Source: Candidatus Faecicola pullistercoris (GTDB lineage Bacteria > Bacillota > Clostridia > Christensenellales > CAG-917). Taken from it: a DNA stretch of 64,000 bases. Positions 7,994-18,748 of this stretch are shown here, piece after piece (the first letter of the stretch is position 1; each line of letters starts with the position of its first letter). Location: the NCBI GenBank assembly GCA_018714105.1, contig DVNW01000006.1:5689-69688 (forward strand), in the 5' to 3' direction. The notes beneath the pieces were generated by a model. It was given only the letters and a program-made list of their open reading frames with translations. It was not told the origin of the DNA and made no database searches. The position numbers and the translations under genes are program-made.

Positions 7994-9676
7994 ATGAATA
8001 GTAAGGTTCTTAAATTTGACGATTCGCCCGAAAGGCTTATGGAAATGGCCGTCGAAGATTTTGACGACGGCTATGATATGAGCGCGGTCAAAAAGCTTTT
8101 GAGAGTGCTTGAAAAACAGCCGGAAAACAAAAAGGCCGCGATGCTTCTGAGCGGTATTTATCAGAGCCTCGGTTATCCCGAATATGCAAAGGACGTCTGT
8201 TTCAGACTTTTGCTGGGCGGGGTTGCCGACGACGAGGTTTATTTCAATTTGGCCGTGGCGATACTGCTTACGTCGTCAGGCGACGGGCTTTCGGCCAGGC
8301 AAAACACCCTTATCGCCTCCAACTATTACATTCAGAAGGCCTTCCAAGGCGCGCCCGAACAGCTTAAAAAGTTTTTTACCGATCAGCTGGCATCCGACGG
8401 AGCGCGGCCCGAACTTTATCTTGCTAAGCCCATCAGCGACAGGAGAGCGGATATTCTTCTTAAAAAAGCATCCGAGTACCTTAAAAAAGGCGACGTGCAA
8501 TCTGCCGCCGAAATTTACGGCATTTTCAAATCCGACATTCCCAAACAGCAAAGCGTTTTTTCAAGACTGGCTTTGCATTATGCCGAAAAAGGCGATTACG
8601 ACGCGGCATTTCGCGAGGCCGGACAAGCTCTGTCGCTTAAGCCCGACGATATAGAGGCGCTTGACGTGATGAGGCTGGTGCTCAGGCAGCAGGAGAAGGA
8701 TTGCTCCGAAGCGGTGGAAAAACTTATGAGCATCGAACCTTCCGACGCCTACGAAGCCAGAAAACTGATGATTATTGCGGGGCAGGAAAATCTGCACGAC
8801 AGGGTGCTGTACTACTCGGATATACTTTTGGATTACAGACGTTCGGTGAAAGAGGCTCTCGTATATTACGCCGTGGCGTTGCACAACTCGGGCAAAAAGG
8901 AAGAAGCGCTCGAACAGCTTAAAAGCGCCATGCTTGTGTTTTATGCCGACGACGGCATAAAGATGTACGTCGAAGCGGCAAAAACCGCCGACGTACTCGA
9001 TTACGGACGCTGGCCGGCAACGTCCTTCGTGCTGAAAAAACTCATTCTGACGTCGGGTGTTTCCTCGGTGCTTCCGGCAGGAGGGGAACGAATGGCGGAT
9101 CTCTATTGGGGACTCAGAAACATGACTCCCGAAGAGACGGAGGATTATGCCTATTCGCTTGCCGTTACCGCGCCGAAAACGGCGCTTGCGCTTTTCGGTC
9201 GGGCACTTACCGATACTTTTACCGACGACCTGTCTAAAAGAATTATACTGTTTTATTATCTGGACATATTACCTTCGGGCTATCTGCAGATTGTATCGGG
9301 CGATATTCTGAAAAGGTGTTTTCTGACGAAAAACAATTTGAAAAATCTGCCTAAAGCCTATTACGAGGCATACAAACTCGCGTTTACCGAGGCGGCGTTC
9401 AACAACGAGATTTACGTAAACGTAAAAAGTTATTCCTTACTGATAAAAAAGCTGATAAACCGTTGCGAGCGGCTTTACGCAATTCACGGCCAAAAGGGCC
9501 TGCCGGCGATACGCAACAAACAGCTGATGGCAAAAGCAATGCTGTATATGGCGCTTCGCGGAGAGGAGAGCATAGGAAGCGAAATGGCGGCCCGCGCCCG
9601 AAAAGCGGCGGGAGAGACTTTCGGAAAATACGTTAAAATTCTGGAGGAGGCAGACGGCGATTATGAATACTGTTGA
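7994..9676 (+). CDS. TPR-repeat protein of unknown function
   Basis: 560 aa with TPR-like helical repeats, e.g. AEIYGIF...LALHYAEKGDYDAAFREAGQALSLKPDD. Confidence 0.6.
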   Translation: MNSKVLKFDDSPERLMEMAVEDFDDGYDMSAVKKLLRVLEKQPENKKAAMLLSGIYQSLGYPEYAKDVCFRLLLGGVADDEVYFNLAVAILLTSSGDGLSARQNTLIASNYYIQKAFQGAPEQLKKFFTDQLASDGARPELYLAKPISDRRADILLKKASEYLKKGDVQSAAEIYGIFKSDIPKQQSVFSRLALHYAEKGDYDAAFREAGQALSLKPDDIEALDVMRLVLRQQEKDCSEAVEKLMSIEPSDAYEARKLMIIAGQENLHDRVLYYSDILLDYRRSVKEALVYYAVALHNSGKKEEALEQLKSAMLVFYADDGIKMYVEAAKTADVLDYGRWPATSFVLKKLILTSGVSSVLPAGGERMADLYWGLRNMTPEETEDYAYSLAVTAPKTALALFGRALTDTFTDDLSKRIILFYYLDILPSGYLQIVSGDILKRCFLTKNNLKNLPKAYYEAYKLAFTEAAFNNEIYVNVKSYSLLIKKLINRCERLYAIHGQKGLPAIRNKQLMAKAMLYMALRGEESIGSEMAARARKAAGETFGKYVKILEEADGDYEYC

Positions 9677-10475
9677 TTTGGAAAAACTTTTCGGAGACTA
9701 TCTTCAGAAAAAGGTCGTCAGCGACGAACGGTACAGAAACGAGGAAGCTCTTGAAGACGACATGGGCCGTCTTTTCGACGAGTGGGTGGCCGCGCCCGAC
9801 GAAAAACTGAGCGGTAAATCCCCGTCGGAGTATGTAGAGGAGCTGTCCGCGCGCGGAGAGCTAAAAGACTATATTTGGAACGTAATCGACGCCGGGCTCA
9901 GCGTAAGCCCTCTTTTGGACGACGCGGTCAGAAAAGAAGGGGACGCCGTTACTTTTCTTATCAACCTTATTCTGGAAAAAAAGAAGGCGGCGGAGGAGTA
10001 CGCAATGCCTCTGATAACGGATATAGGAGGCGAAGAAGCCGAGGATTACTGCATTAAGGTGCTTGCCGATAAGGACGCCGACGACTATCTTTCGGCACGG
10101 GCTTACGACTTTCTCGCCACGGCGGGCGAAAGGGCCGCCGATAAGATTTTGGCCGTTATAAAGGACGCCGACGCGCAGACTCAGGAGATTTACGCCGACA
10201 TACTTTCGAATTATCGCGGCAACAAGGAAATATATTACTGGCTTGTTACGCTGCTTTACAGGGGCGAGAACGTACCGCTGCTTGCCGATTTGCTGGCAAA
10301 ATACGACAATCCCGCCGCGATAGAGGTTTTAAAGGCGTTTGCCGAGCAGTTCGATATAAACTATCTCGAATTCAAAGAGCTCAGGTACGCCGTGGAGCGG
10401 CTGGGAGGCGAGTGGACGCTTGAAAAAGATTTTTCAGGGGACGCTTTGTACAGATACGAGCACCCCGAGGAGTAA
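9663..10475 (+). CDS. Acidic helical-repeat (HEAT-like) protein of unknown function
   Basis: 270 aa. Overlaps the upstream stop by 14 nt, suggesting translational coupling. Confidence 0.55.
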   Translation: MNTVDLEKLFGDYLQKKVVSDERYRNEEALEDDMGRLFDEWVAAPDEKLSGKSPSEYVEELSARGELKDYIWNVIDAGLSVSPLLDDAVRKEGDAVTFLINLILEKKKAAEEYAMPLITDIGGEEAEDYCIKVLADKDADDYLSARAYDFLATAGERAADKILAVIKDADAQTQEIYADILSNYRGNKEIYYWLVTLLYRGENVPLLADLLAKYDNPAAIEVLKAFAEQFDINYLEFKELRYAVERLGGEWTLEKDFSGDALYRYEHPEE

Positions 10476-10516
10476 CAAACAGGCATAATAACGGATTTTG
10501 AAAATAAAATGTTATT

Positions 10517-11518
10517 ATGCTGAAAGGATTTAAAAGCGGCGCTTTGTTTATAGGAACCGTAATAGGGGCGGGCTTTGCTTCCGGCAGGGAAATCGCCCTT
10601 TTTTTCAACGGTAAAAGTTCGGCGACGGCATTGCTTGCGGGGCTGTTTCTGGGCGCGATGTGCTATGTGTTCATGACGGCGGGGCGGCTTTGCGGACAAC
10701 GGGATCTGAACGGGTGGCTGTTCGGGCGCAAGGCCGGCAAAGTTTTTCGGGTAATAATGTATTTTAGCACAATCAGCGTGTTTATCGCTATGTTTTGCGG
10801 TGCTGAACTTGTTATTTATCAAACTTTCAATTTAAAATACTTCGGGCTGATAACTACTGCGGTATGTATAATCTGCGCCGTTTTCGGACTGGAAAACGTG
10901 AAAACGGTTAATGCCGTTATCGTGCCTGCAATAGTTGTGCTGATAGCCTTGATATTTTTCAGAGGCGAGTCGTTTTATACAGGAGGCAGTTTGGGCTTGT
11001 CGGCGCCTTCTGCGTATTGCGCCATGAACATGCTGCCTGCGGGGTATGTTATGGCTGAAGCGGGCAAGACCTCCCGAAACAGGGAAATAATTTCGGCATC
11101 CGTTTTCAGCGGTATTATTTTCGCGGTCATGCTGTATATGATAAGAACGGGGGTGTCCGGCCGGGAAGATCAGGCCATGCCGCTGTTTGAAGCCGCTCGC
11201 GCTTACGGGCTGGAAACTTTCGGCGGACTTCTGATATATTCCGCCGTTTTTACGACTCAGCTCTCTGCGGTAAACGTGCTTATGGCGTCGCCGTTAGCAA
11301 AGAAAAACCGTATTGCGGGAGCACTTGCCCTGCTGGCTGGCGGAATGATTTCGTCAGCGATTTTTACCTTTCAGACCGCGGTAGACACGTTGTATCCTCC
11401 GGTAAGCTTTTTCGGAGTCGTGCTGACGCTGGCGGGTACGATAAAAATTATAGTTCTGAAATACGGGACGGCAAGCGGAAGAGAGCTTCCTATGCGGGCG
11501 CGTCCGATAAGTCAATAA
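10517..11518 (+). CDS. YkvI-family membrane transporter
   Basis: N-terminal IGTVIGAGFASGREI signature and about 10 TM segments. Confidence 0.7.
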   Translation: MLKGFKSGALFIGTVIGAGFASGREIALFFNGKSSATALLAGLFLGAMCYVFMTAGRLCGQRDLNGWLFGRKAGKVFRVIMYFSTISVFIAMFCGAELVIYQTFNLKYFGLITTAVCIICAVFGLENVKTVNAVIVPAIVVLIALIFFRGESFYTGGSLGLSAPSAYCAMNMLPAGYVMAEAGKTSRNREIISASVFSGIIFAVMLYMIRTGVSGREDQAMPLFEAARAYGLETFGGLLIYSAVFTTQLSAVNVLMASPLAKKNRIAGALALLAGGMISSAIFTFQTAVDTLYPPVSFFGVVLTLAGTIKIIVLKYGTASGRELPMRARPISQ

Positions 11519-11550
11519 CCAAAAAATCCTCCGTTTTTTCCGATATTCGT

Positions 11551-11579
11551 TTGACAAGGCCTTTTAAATATTCTATTAT
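11551..11579 (+). promoter_or_regulatory. Sigma-A type promoter of guaB-guaA
   Basis: TTGACA, 17 nt, TATTAT, 32 nt upstream of the guaB ATG. Confidence 0.5.
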
Positions 11580-11583
11580 ATAA

Positions 11584-13062
<1,479 letters not shown>

Positions 13063-13071
13063 GAAAAGATT

Positions 13072-14601
13072 ATGAAAGAAACCGTATTGGTAATAGATTT
13101 CGGCGGACAGTACAATCAGCTGATTGCGCGCAGGGTAAGGGATCTCAACGTATATTGCGAGCTCATACCGTGCGGTACTCCGCTTGAAAAAATCAAAGCA
13201 AAAAACCCTATAGGCATTATTTTTACCGGAGGTCCGAACAGCGTTTTCGGGGCGGACGCGCTTAAAGTCGACGAGGGAATATATACTCTGGGCGTGCCCG
13301 TACTTGGTATATGCTACGGGGCGCAGCTTATAGCTCATCAGCTGGGCGGAAAAGTCAGAAGCGCGGCCGTAGGCGAATACGGTCAGGTAAAGGCGGTATA
13401 TAAAAAGAGCGTGATATTCGACGGCCTTCCCGAAGAGGGCGTTTGCTGGATGAGTCATACCGACTCGGTATCCGAGCTTCCCGACGGATTCGAGATTACG
13501 GCGTTCACGGCGGACTGTCCCGTAGCCGCAATGCAGAATACTCAGAAAAGGATTTACGCCGTACAGTTCCATCCCGAAGTCGCGCATACTCAGAACGGAA
13601 CGCTCATGCTCAAAAACTTTTTGTATAAGGCGTGCGGCGCGAGCGGCGATTGGACAATGAAGGATTTTGTGGCAAGAAAGGTTGCCGAAATACGCGAAAA
13701 GGTAGGCGACAAAAAGGTGCTTTGCGCCATGAGCGGCGGCGTTGACAGCGCGGTTGCGGCCACTCTCGTGCACAGGGCGGTAGGCGACAGGCTTACCTGC
13801 GTTTACGTAGATCACGGTCTTATGCGCAAAAACGAAACCGAAGAAGTCAGACAGGTTTTTAAAGACGGCCTGGGTATGAACCTTATTCTTGCCGACGCAG
13901 AGGAGCTTTTCCTCAGAAAACTCGCCGGAGTTACCGATCCCGAGAGCAAGCGCAAAATAATAGGCCGCGAGTTTATCACCGTATTCGAAAGAGAGGCTGA
14001 AAAAATAGGCAAGGTGGATTACTTGGTTCAGGGCACGATATATCCCGACGTAATCGAAAGCGGAAGCGGCGATTCGGCCGTAATCAAAAGCCATCATAAC
14101 GTGGGCGGCCTGCCCGACGTCGTGGACTTCGAGGAAATAATAGAGCCTCTCCGCGACCTTTTCAAGGACGAGGTGCGTGCGGTAGGGTTCGAACTCGGCC
14201 TGCCCGAACAGGTGGTAATGCGTCAGCCTTTCCCCGGCCCCGGTCTGGGCATAAGAGTTATAGGAGAAATCACCAAGGAAAAACTGGAAACTCTGAGAGA
14301 AGCCGACTTTATTTACCGCGAGGAAATCGCCAAAGCAGGGCTTTCCGGACAGATATGGCAGTACTTTGCCGTGCTCACCGATACCCGCAGCGTGGGAGTA
14401 ATGGGCGATATGCGCACTTACGATTATACCGTTGCCTTACGAGCGGTGCTCAGCGTGGACGCAATGACCGCGGACTGGGCGAAAATCCCTTACGAAGTAC
14501 TCGGCGCGGTAAGCAGCAGGATAGTCAACGAGGTCAGAAACGTAAACCGAGTCGTTTACGACATAACCAGCAAACCTCCCGCTACTATAGAGTGGGAATA
14601 A
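13072..14601 (+). CDS. guaA: GMP synthase (glutamine-hydrolysing)
   Basis: GATase catalytic GICYGAQ, ATP-PPase loop SGGVDS, C-terminal TIEWE. Confidence 0.97.
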   Translation: MKETVLVIDFGGQYNQLIARRVRDLNVYCELIPCGTPLEKIKAKNPIGIIFTGGPNSVFGADALKVDEGIYTLGVPVLGICYGAQLIAHQLGGKVRSAAVGEYGQVKAVYKKSVIFDGLPEEGVCWMSHTDSVSELPDGFEITAFTADCPVAAMQNTQKRIYAVQFHPEVAHTQNGTLMLKNFLYKACGASGDWTMKDFVARKVAEIREKVGDKKVLCAMSGGVDSAVAATLVHRAVGDRLTCVYVDHGLMRKNETEEVRQVFKDGLGMNLILADAEELFLRKLAGVTDPESKRKIIGREFITVFEREAEKIGKVDYLVQGTIYPDVIESGSGDSAVIKSHHNVGGLPDVVDFEEIIEPLRDLFKDEVRAVGFELGLPEQVVMRQPFPGPGLGIRVIGEITKEKLETLREADFIYREEIAKAGLSGQIWQYFAVLTDTRSVGVMGDMRTYDYTVALRAVLSVDAMTADWAKIPYEVLGAVSSRIVNEVRNVNRVVYDITSKPPATIEWE

Positions 14602-14689
14602 ACCGAATCGGCGGTTTATTAACCGAAAAACATCAATAAAACAGGTTTTTGTAAATACGGGGCGTTCTGCTCCGTATTTCGGAAGAGAT

Positions 14690-16273
14690 ATGGTATACGG
14701 AAACGTAAAGGGAATAAAGAGCAGCGTGATAAGGCAGCTCGAAGAGCTTGCGGGCGAGTACGAAAAAAGCCTTTTTATAGACAGAGAGGTCCTGTTTTAT
14801 GTTTGCGAATTATCTGTCAGGATAAACCGCGAAATTTGCGTTTACGTCACCCGCAACGGCCAAATTGCCGCAATAGGCATAGGAAACGACGCTTCCGCGC
14901 CCCTTAAAGACCTGGGGCGCCGCAGAGGCGAGGACAGATTGAGCAAAATCCGGGTTATCCATACTCACCCTGACGGAAACGGCCGTCTTTCGCAGACGAA
15001 TATGTCGGCTTTAGCTTCGTTGCGCCTGGACTGCATAGCCGCGGTAGGCGTTACCCACGACGGTATAACGGATATGGAAGTCGGATATATCGGAGCAGAA
15101 GGGGACGAAAAAGTATATTACAAGTCGGCTCTCGATATGGACGACGAAAAACTCCTCGAACGCATATTCCGAAGCGAAAGCGATTATTCGGCTCAAAAAC
15201 GCGCCGTCGAAAAAGGCAAAGCCGTTCTGGCGGCCGTAGGCGATTTCGGCACGACCGAGATGGACGAGCTGCAAAGCCTTGCTTCCACCGCAGGCATCAA
15301 AACTGCGGCGCGGGTGGTTCAGGGCAAAAGCCGCCCCGACAAAACTTATTGTATAGGAAGCGGCAAACTTGAAGAGCTTAAACATATTGTACAGAATACC
15401 TCGGCGGAATACGTTATATTCAACAATACTCTTACGGGAAGCCAGCTGAATAATCTTGAAACCGCGCTGGGCGTCAAAGTAATAGACCGCCCTATGCTTA
15501 TACTTGAGATTTTTGCCCGCCACGCGACAAGCAACGAAGGAAAACTTCAGGTCGAACTTGCCATGATGCAATACACTCTGCCCAAAATAATGGGCATGGG
15601 CACCGAGCTTTCCCGCATAGGCGGAGGCAGCGGTTCAAGTTTTACAAGGGGCGCGGGAGAAACCAAACTCGAAACCGATCGCAGACACATAAGACGCACC
15701 ATATTCGAACTGTCCGAAAAAATCGAAAAGCTGAAAAAAGAGAGAGATCTGCGCCGTAACCGCCGAATAAAAAGCGGCATAAAGACCGTTGCCATAGTCG
15801 GGTACACCAACGCGGGAAAATCCACTCTTATGAACGCTCTTACGAAGGCGGGAGTAAAGGAAGAGGATAAACTGTTCGCCACGCTCGATCCCGTTACAAG
15901 AAAGGTGTTTTGCGATATCGGGCAGGAATATCTTTTAACGGATACGGTAGGGTTTATCGACAATCTTCCGCACGAGTTCGTCAAAGCCTTTAAATCCACT
16001 TTGGAGGAGGCCGTTTACGCCGATCTGCTGCTGCACGTCGTGGACGCAAGCAGTAAGGACGTAACCAGGCAGGTAGGTGCGGTAGAAAAAGTATTGGCCG
16101 AACTGGGCGCGGGAGATAAGCCCGTCATAACGGTTTTGAACAAATCCGACAAGCCGTCGGCAGTCGGTTTCGACGCCGCGGACGCCGTCAGAATTTCCGC
16201 GCTTACAGGCGCCGGGCTTGACGTTTTAAGAGAAAAAATCTGCGAAAAATTATTCGGCAAAACCGAGAAATAA
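14690..16273 (+). CDS. hflX: GTPase HflX with ~175-aa N-terminal extension
   Basis: HflX N-domain (GSGKLEELK) and G-domain motifs GYTNAGKST, DTVGF, NKSD. The canonical HflX part starts near aa 176. Confidence 0.9.
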   Translation: MVYGNVKGIKSSVIRQLEELAGEYEKSLFIDREVLFYVCELSVRINREICVYVTRNGQIAAIGIGNDASAPLKDLGRRRGEDRLSKIRVIHTHPDGNGRLSQTNMSALASLRLDCIAAVGVTHDGITDMEVGYIGAEGDEKVYYKSALDMDDEKLLERIFRSESDYSAQKRAVEKGKAVLAAVGDFGTTEMDELQSLASTAGIKTAARVVQGKSRPDKTYCIGSGKLEELKHIVQNTSAEYVIFNNTLTGSQLNNLETALGVKVIDRPMLILEIFARHATSNEGKLQVELAMMQYTLPKIMGMGTELSRIGGGSGSSFTRGAGETKLETDRRHIRRTIFELSEKIEKLKKERDLRRNRRIKSGIKTVAIVGYTNAGKSTLMNALTKAGVKEEDKLFATLDPVTRKVFCDIGQEYLLTDTVGFIDNLPHEFVKAFKSTLEEAVYADLLLHVVDASSKDVTRQVGAVEKVLAELGAGDKPVITVLNKSDKPSAVGFDAADAVRISALTGAGLDVLREKICEKLFGKTEK

Positions 16274-16331
16274 TTCATAAACGCACTTTAAAACGTGCAT
16301 TTTTGCTTGTTAAACTTTGATAATGCAAGTT

Positions 16332-16366
16332 AAAAATAAACCGCCCGTTCAGGGCGGTTTTGCCTT
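16332..16366. terminator. Bidirectional intrinsic terminator (hflX / small Cys-rich ORF)
   Basis: CCGCCC-gttca-GGGCGG with a T-run on the + strand and TTTATTTTT on the - strand. Confidence 0.7.
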
Positions 16367-16384
16367 TTAAGGCGACTTTAAACC

Positions 16385-16552
16385 TTATTTGCAGCAAGTG
16401 TTGCCGCAGCAGCAGTTTAAAATAAGTAATAAGGGTAAAATGTCGCAAATGCAGTTATTGTTGCAACCGCAGCCGCAACCGTTGCCGCAGCAGCACAATA
16501 AAATAAGTATCCACAGAGTGCAATCGCAACCACCGCCGAATAATCCGTTCAT
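16385..16552 (-). CDS. Unannotated 55-aa cysteine-rich small hydrophobic protein
   Basis: Own translation. ATG at 16552 lies 7 nt after AAGGAGG; TAA at 16387-16385. Sequence MNGLFGGGCDCTLWILILLCCCGNGCGCGCNNNCICDILPLLLILNCCCGNTCCK. Flanked by terminators on both sides. Below the 60-aa cutoff of the ORF track. Confidence 0.6.
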   Translation of the reverse strand: MNGLFGGGCDCTLWILILLCCCGNGCGCGCNNNCICDILPLLLILNCCCGNTCCK

Positions 16553-16644
16553 ACAGCCACCTCCTTAAAGAATTAGGCAACCCCAGATTGCCTTACACTT
16601 TACAATACGCAAAGGCACCGAAATATGTTACTGCCGAAGGGGGA

Positions 16645-16675
16645 AAATCAAAAAACCCGTCATAAAACGACGGGC
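16645..16675 (-). terminator. Intrinsic terminator after the zinc-ribbon gene
   Basis: Minus strand CCCGTC-GTTTTAT-GACGGG followed by TTTTTTGATTTT. Confidence 0.65.
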
Positions 16676-16700
16676 GGGACAATATAATTGAATTTATACC

Positions 16701-16976
16701 TTATCTGCTTTTTCTAACGATGGTGCATTTGCACAAAGGGCAGGTGTTTTTGTGGGCGGATGGGTTGATGCGTATTTTCTGTTTGCAGTTCGGGCACAGT
16801 ATAACTTCGGTCGCGGCAACGGGCGTCGGAAGCGGTTTTTTTGCCTTTTCGGGCAGGGTCGGCGCGCGGTTGCGCACGATAACCGAGCCGCAAACGGCGC
16901 AGCGGTTTCTTTTAGCCTGATCGTCAATCTGAATCTGTTCTTCGCATTCGGGGCAGGTGATAATTTTTAAAGCCAT
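16701..16976 (-). CDS. Small tandem zinc-ribbon protein
   Basis: 91 aa with two CxxC-x17/18-CxxC modules (CPECEEQIQIDDQAKRNRCAVCG and CPNCKQKIRINPSAHKNTCPLCK) joined by a Pro/Lys linker. Confidence 0.7.
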   Translation of the reverse strand: MALKIITCPECEEQIQIDDQAKRNRCAVCGSVIVRNRAPTLPEKAKKPLPTPVAATEVILCPNCKQKIRINPSAHKNTCPLCKCTIVRKSR

Positions 16977-17125
16977 AATTTCCTCTTATCGGTAAAATAT
17001 ATTTATTCTAAGAAAATTATATAGTGCGTTCGGGCCGAAATCAACAGAAATTCCGCATTTGTCAAAAAATTTTTTCGGGCTGTGCAGGGCGGCTTTTAAA
17101 AATTGGTTCACGCGGGTTTTTTCGC

Positions 17126-17154
17126 TTGACATTTCCAATCATAATAAATAGAAT
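17126..17154 (+). promoter_or_regulatory. Sigma-A type promoter of glyQS
   Basis: TTGACA, 17 nt, TAGAAT. The leader is only about 40 nt. Confidence 0.55.
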
Positions 17155-17195
17155 TAATATAATTAAAACAAGGCGAAAGCCTGAGAGGGTTTAAA

Positions 17196-18581
17196 ATGGC
17201 TGATTTGACAATGGACAAACTCGTGGCACTCTGTAAGAACAGAGGTTTTATTTTTGCCGGAAGCGAAATATACGGCGGACTTGCAAATACGTGGGATTAC
17301 GGCCCTTTGGGCAGTCTTCTCAAAAACAACATCAAAGCCGCCTGGCTTAAAAAATTCGTGCAGGAAAGCCCTTACAACGTAAGCGTTGACTGCGCCATAC
17401 TCATGAATCCCAGAACGTGGGAAGCCAGCGGACATCTGAGCGGATTTTCCGACCCGCTTATGGACTGCAAAGGCTGCAAGGCAAGGCACCGCGCGGACAA
17501 TCTGATAGAAGATTACATGGCCAAAAAGGGCATATCGCAGAATATAGCCGGCTGGACGGGCGAACAGATGGAAGAGTATATCAGGGAAAATAAAATTCCC
17601 TGTCCCGTATGCGGCAGAAGCGATTTTACGGGCATACGCAAGTTCAACCTGATGTTCAAGACGTTCCAGGGCGTTACCGAGGACAGTTCAAGCACGGTAT
17701 ATTTGAGGCCCGAGACGGCGCAGGGCATTTTTGTTAACTTCAAAAACGTACAGCGCGCTTCCAGGCTCAAAATACCTTTCGGAATCTGTCAGGTAGGCAA
17801 GAGTTTCCGTAACGAGATTACTCCCGGCAACTTTACTTTCCGTACGAGGGAATTCGAGCAGATGGAACTTGAATTTTTCTGCAAGCCCGGCACCGACCTC
17901 GAATGGTTTGCCTACTGGAAGGATTTTTGCCACAAGTGGCTGCTGGGCCTTAATATGAATCCCGAAAAACTGCGTCTCCGCGACCACGACAAAGAAGAAC
18001 TGTGCTTTTACAGCAAGGCTACCACGGACTTCGAATATCTGTTCCCCTTCGGTTGGGGCGAACTCTGGGGCATAGCGGACAGGACGGATTACGACCTTAA
18101 TCAGCACATCAAAACCAGCGGCGAAAACATGGATTATATCGATCCCGTTACAAACGAGAGATACGTTCCGTACGTTGTCGAGCCCTCGCTAGGAGCGGAC
18201 AGGGTGCTGCTTGCTTTTCTGTGCGACGCCTACGAGGAGCAGCAGCTTGAAGGCGGCGATACCAGGGTGGTTATGCATCTGCATCACGCCCTTGCTCCGT
18301 ACAAAGTCGCCGTACTGCCCTTACAGAAAAAGCTTTCCGACAAGGCGGAAGAAATATACCGCAGCCTGAGTAAGCGTTACAGCGCGACTTACGACGATAC
18401 CGGGTCAATCGGCAAGAGATACAGACGTCAGGACGAAATAGGCACTCCTTACTGCCTGACCGTAGATTTCGATACGCTCGAAAAAGGCACCGTCACCATA
18501 CGCGAACGCGACAGCATGCAACAGGTAACATTGCCGGTTGAAGAGGTTACAAACTATCTCGACAAGGCGCTGGAATACTGA
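17196..18581 (+). CDS. glyQS: Glycine--tRNA ligase (dimeric class II type)
   Basis: 461 aa. N-terminus is [24 protein letters not shown]. Confidence 0.95.
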   Translation: MADLTMDKLVALCKNRGFIFAGSEIYGGLANTWDYGPLGSLLKNNIKAAWLKKFVQESPYNVSVDCAILMNPRTWEASGHLSGFSDPLMDCKGCKARHRADNLIEDYMAKKGISQNIAGWTGEQMEEYIRENKIPCPVCGRSDFTGIRKFNLMFKTFQGVTEDSSSTVYLRPETAQGIFVNFKNVQRASRLKIPFGICQVGKSFRNEITPGNFTFRTREFEQMELEFFCKPGTDLEWFAYWKDFCHKWLLGLNMNPEKLRLRDHDKEELCFYSKATTDFEYLFPFGWGELWGIADRTDYDLNQHIKTSGENMDYIDPVTNERYVPYVVEPSLGADRVLLAFLCDAYEEQQLEGGDTRVVMHLHHALAPYKVAVLPLQKKLSDKAEEIYRSLSKRYSATYDDTGSIGKRYRRQDEIGTPYCLTVDFDTLEKGTVTIRERDSMQQVTLPVEEVTNYLDKALEY

Positions 18582-18585
18582 TTAA

Positions 18586-18610
18586 AAGCCCGCTTTCTGC
18601 GGGTTTTTTC
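18586..18610 (+). terminator. Intrinsic terminator after glyQS
   Basis: CCCGC-tttct-GCGGG followed by TTTTTT. Confidence 0.6.
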
Positions 18611-18748
18611 ATGGCGTTTCTGCATTTTTCGCGCTGCCCGTAAACAAGGTCGGCGCAAATTAATGTTGACAACGGCATATTTATATGTTAATCTAAACTT
18701 GTATATAAGCGTGCGCATGGCCTGCGCGCGTACCTAAGGGGGTATATC

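Noticed and set aside
16391-16500. GCAGCAGCA / GCCGCAGC trinucleotide-rich stretch considered as a simple-sequence repeat or phase-variation tract.
   Set aside because: The triplets are in-frame TGC/GGC codons of the Cys-rich micro-ORF. The two 15-nt copies are 81 nt apart rather than a contiguous slippage-prone tract.
16977-17195. Looked for a glycine T-box leader upstream of glyQS, which is common in Firmicutes.
   Set aside because: There is no T-box core (GGTGGTACCGCG-like) or specifier/antiterminator structure. A consensus promoter sits only about 40 nt from the ATG, so the leader is too short.
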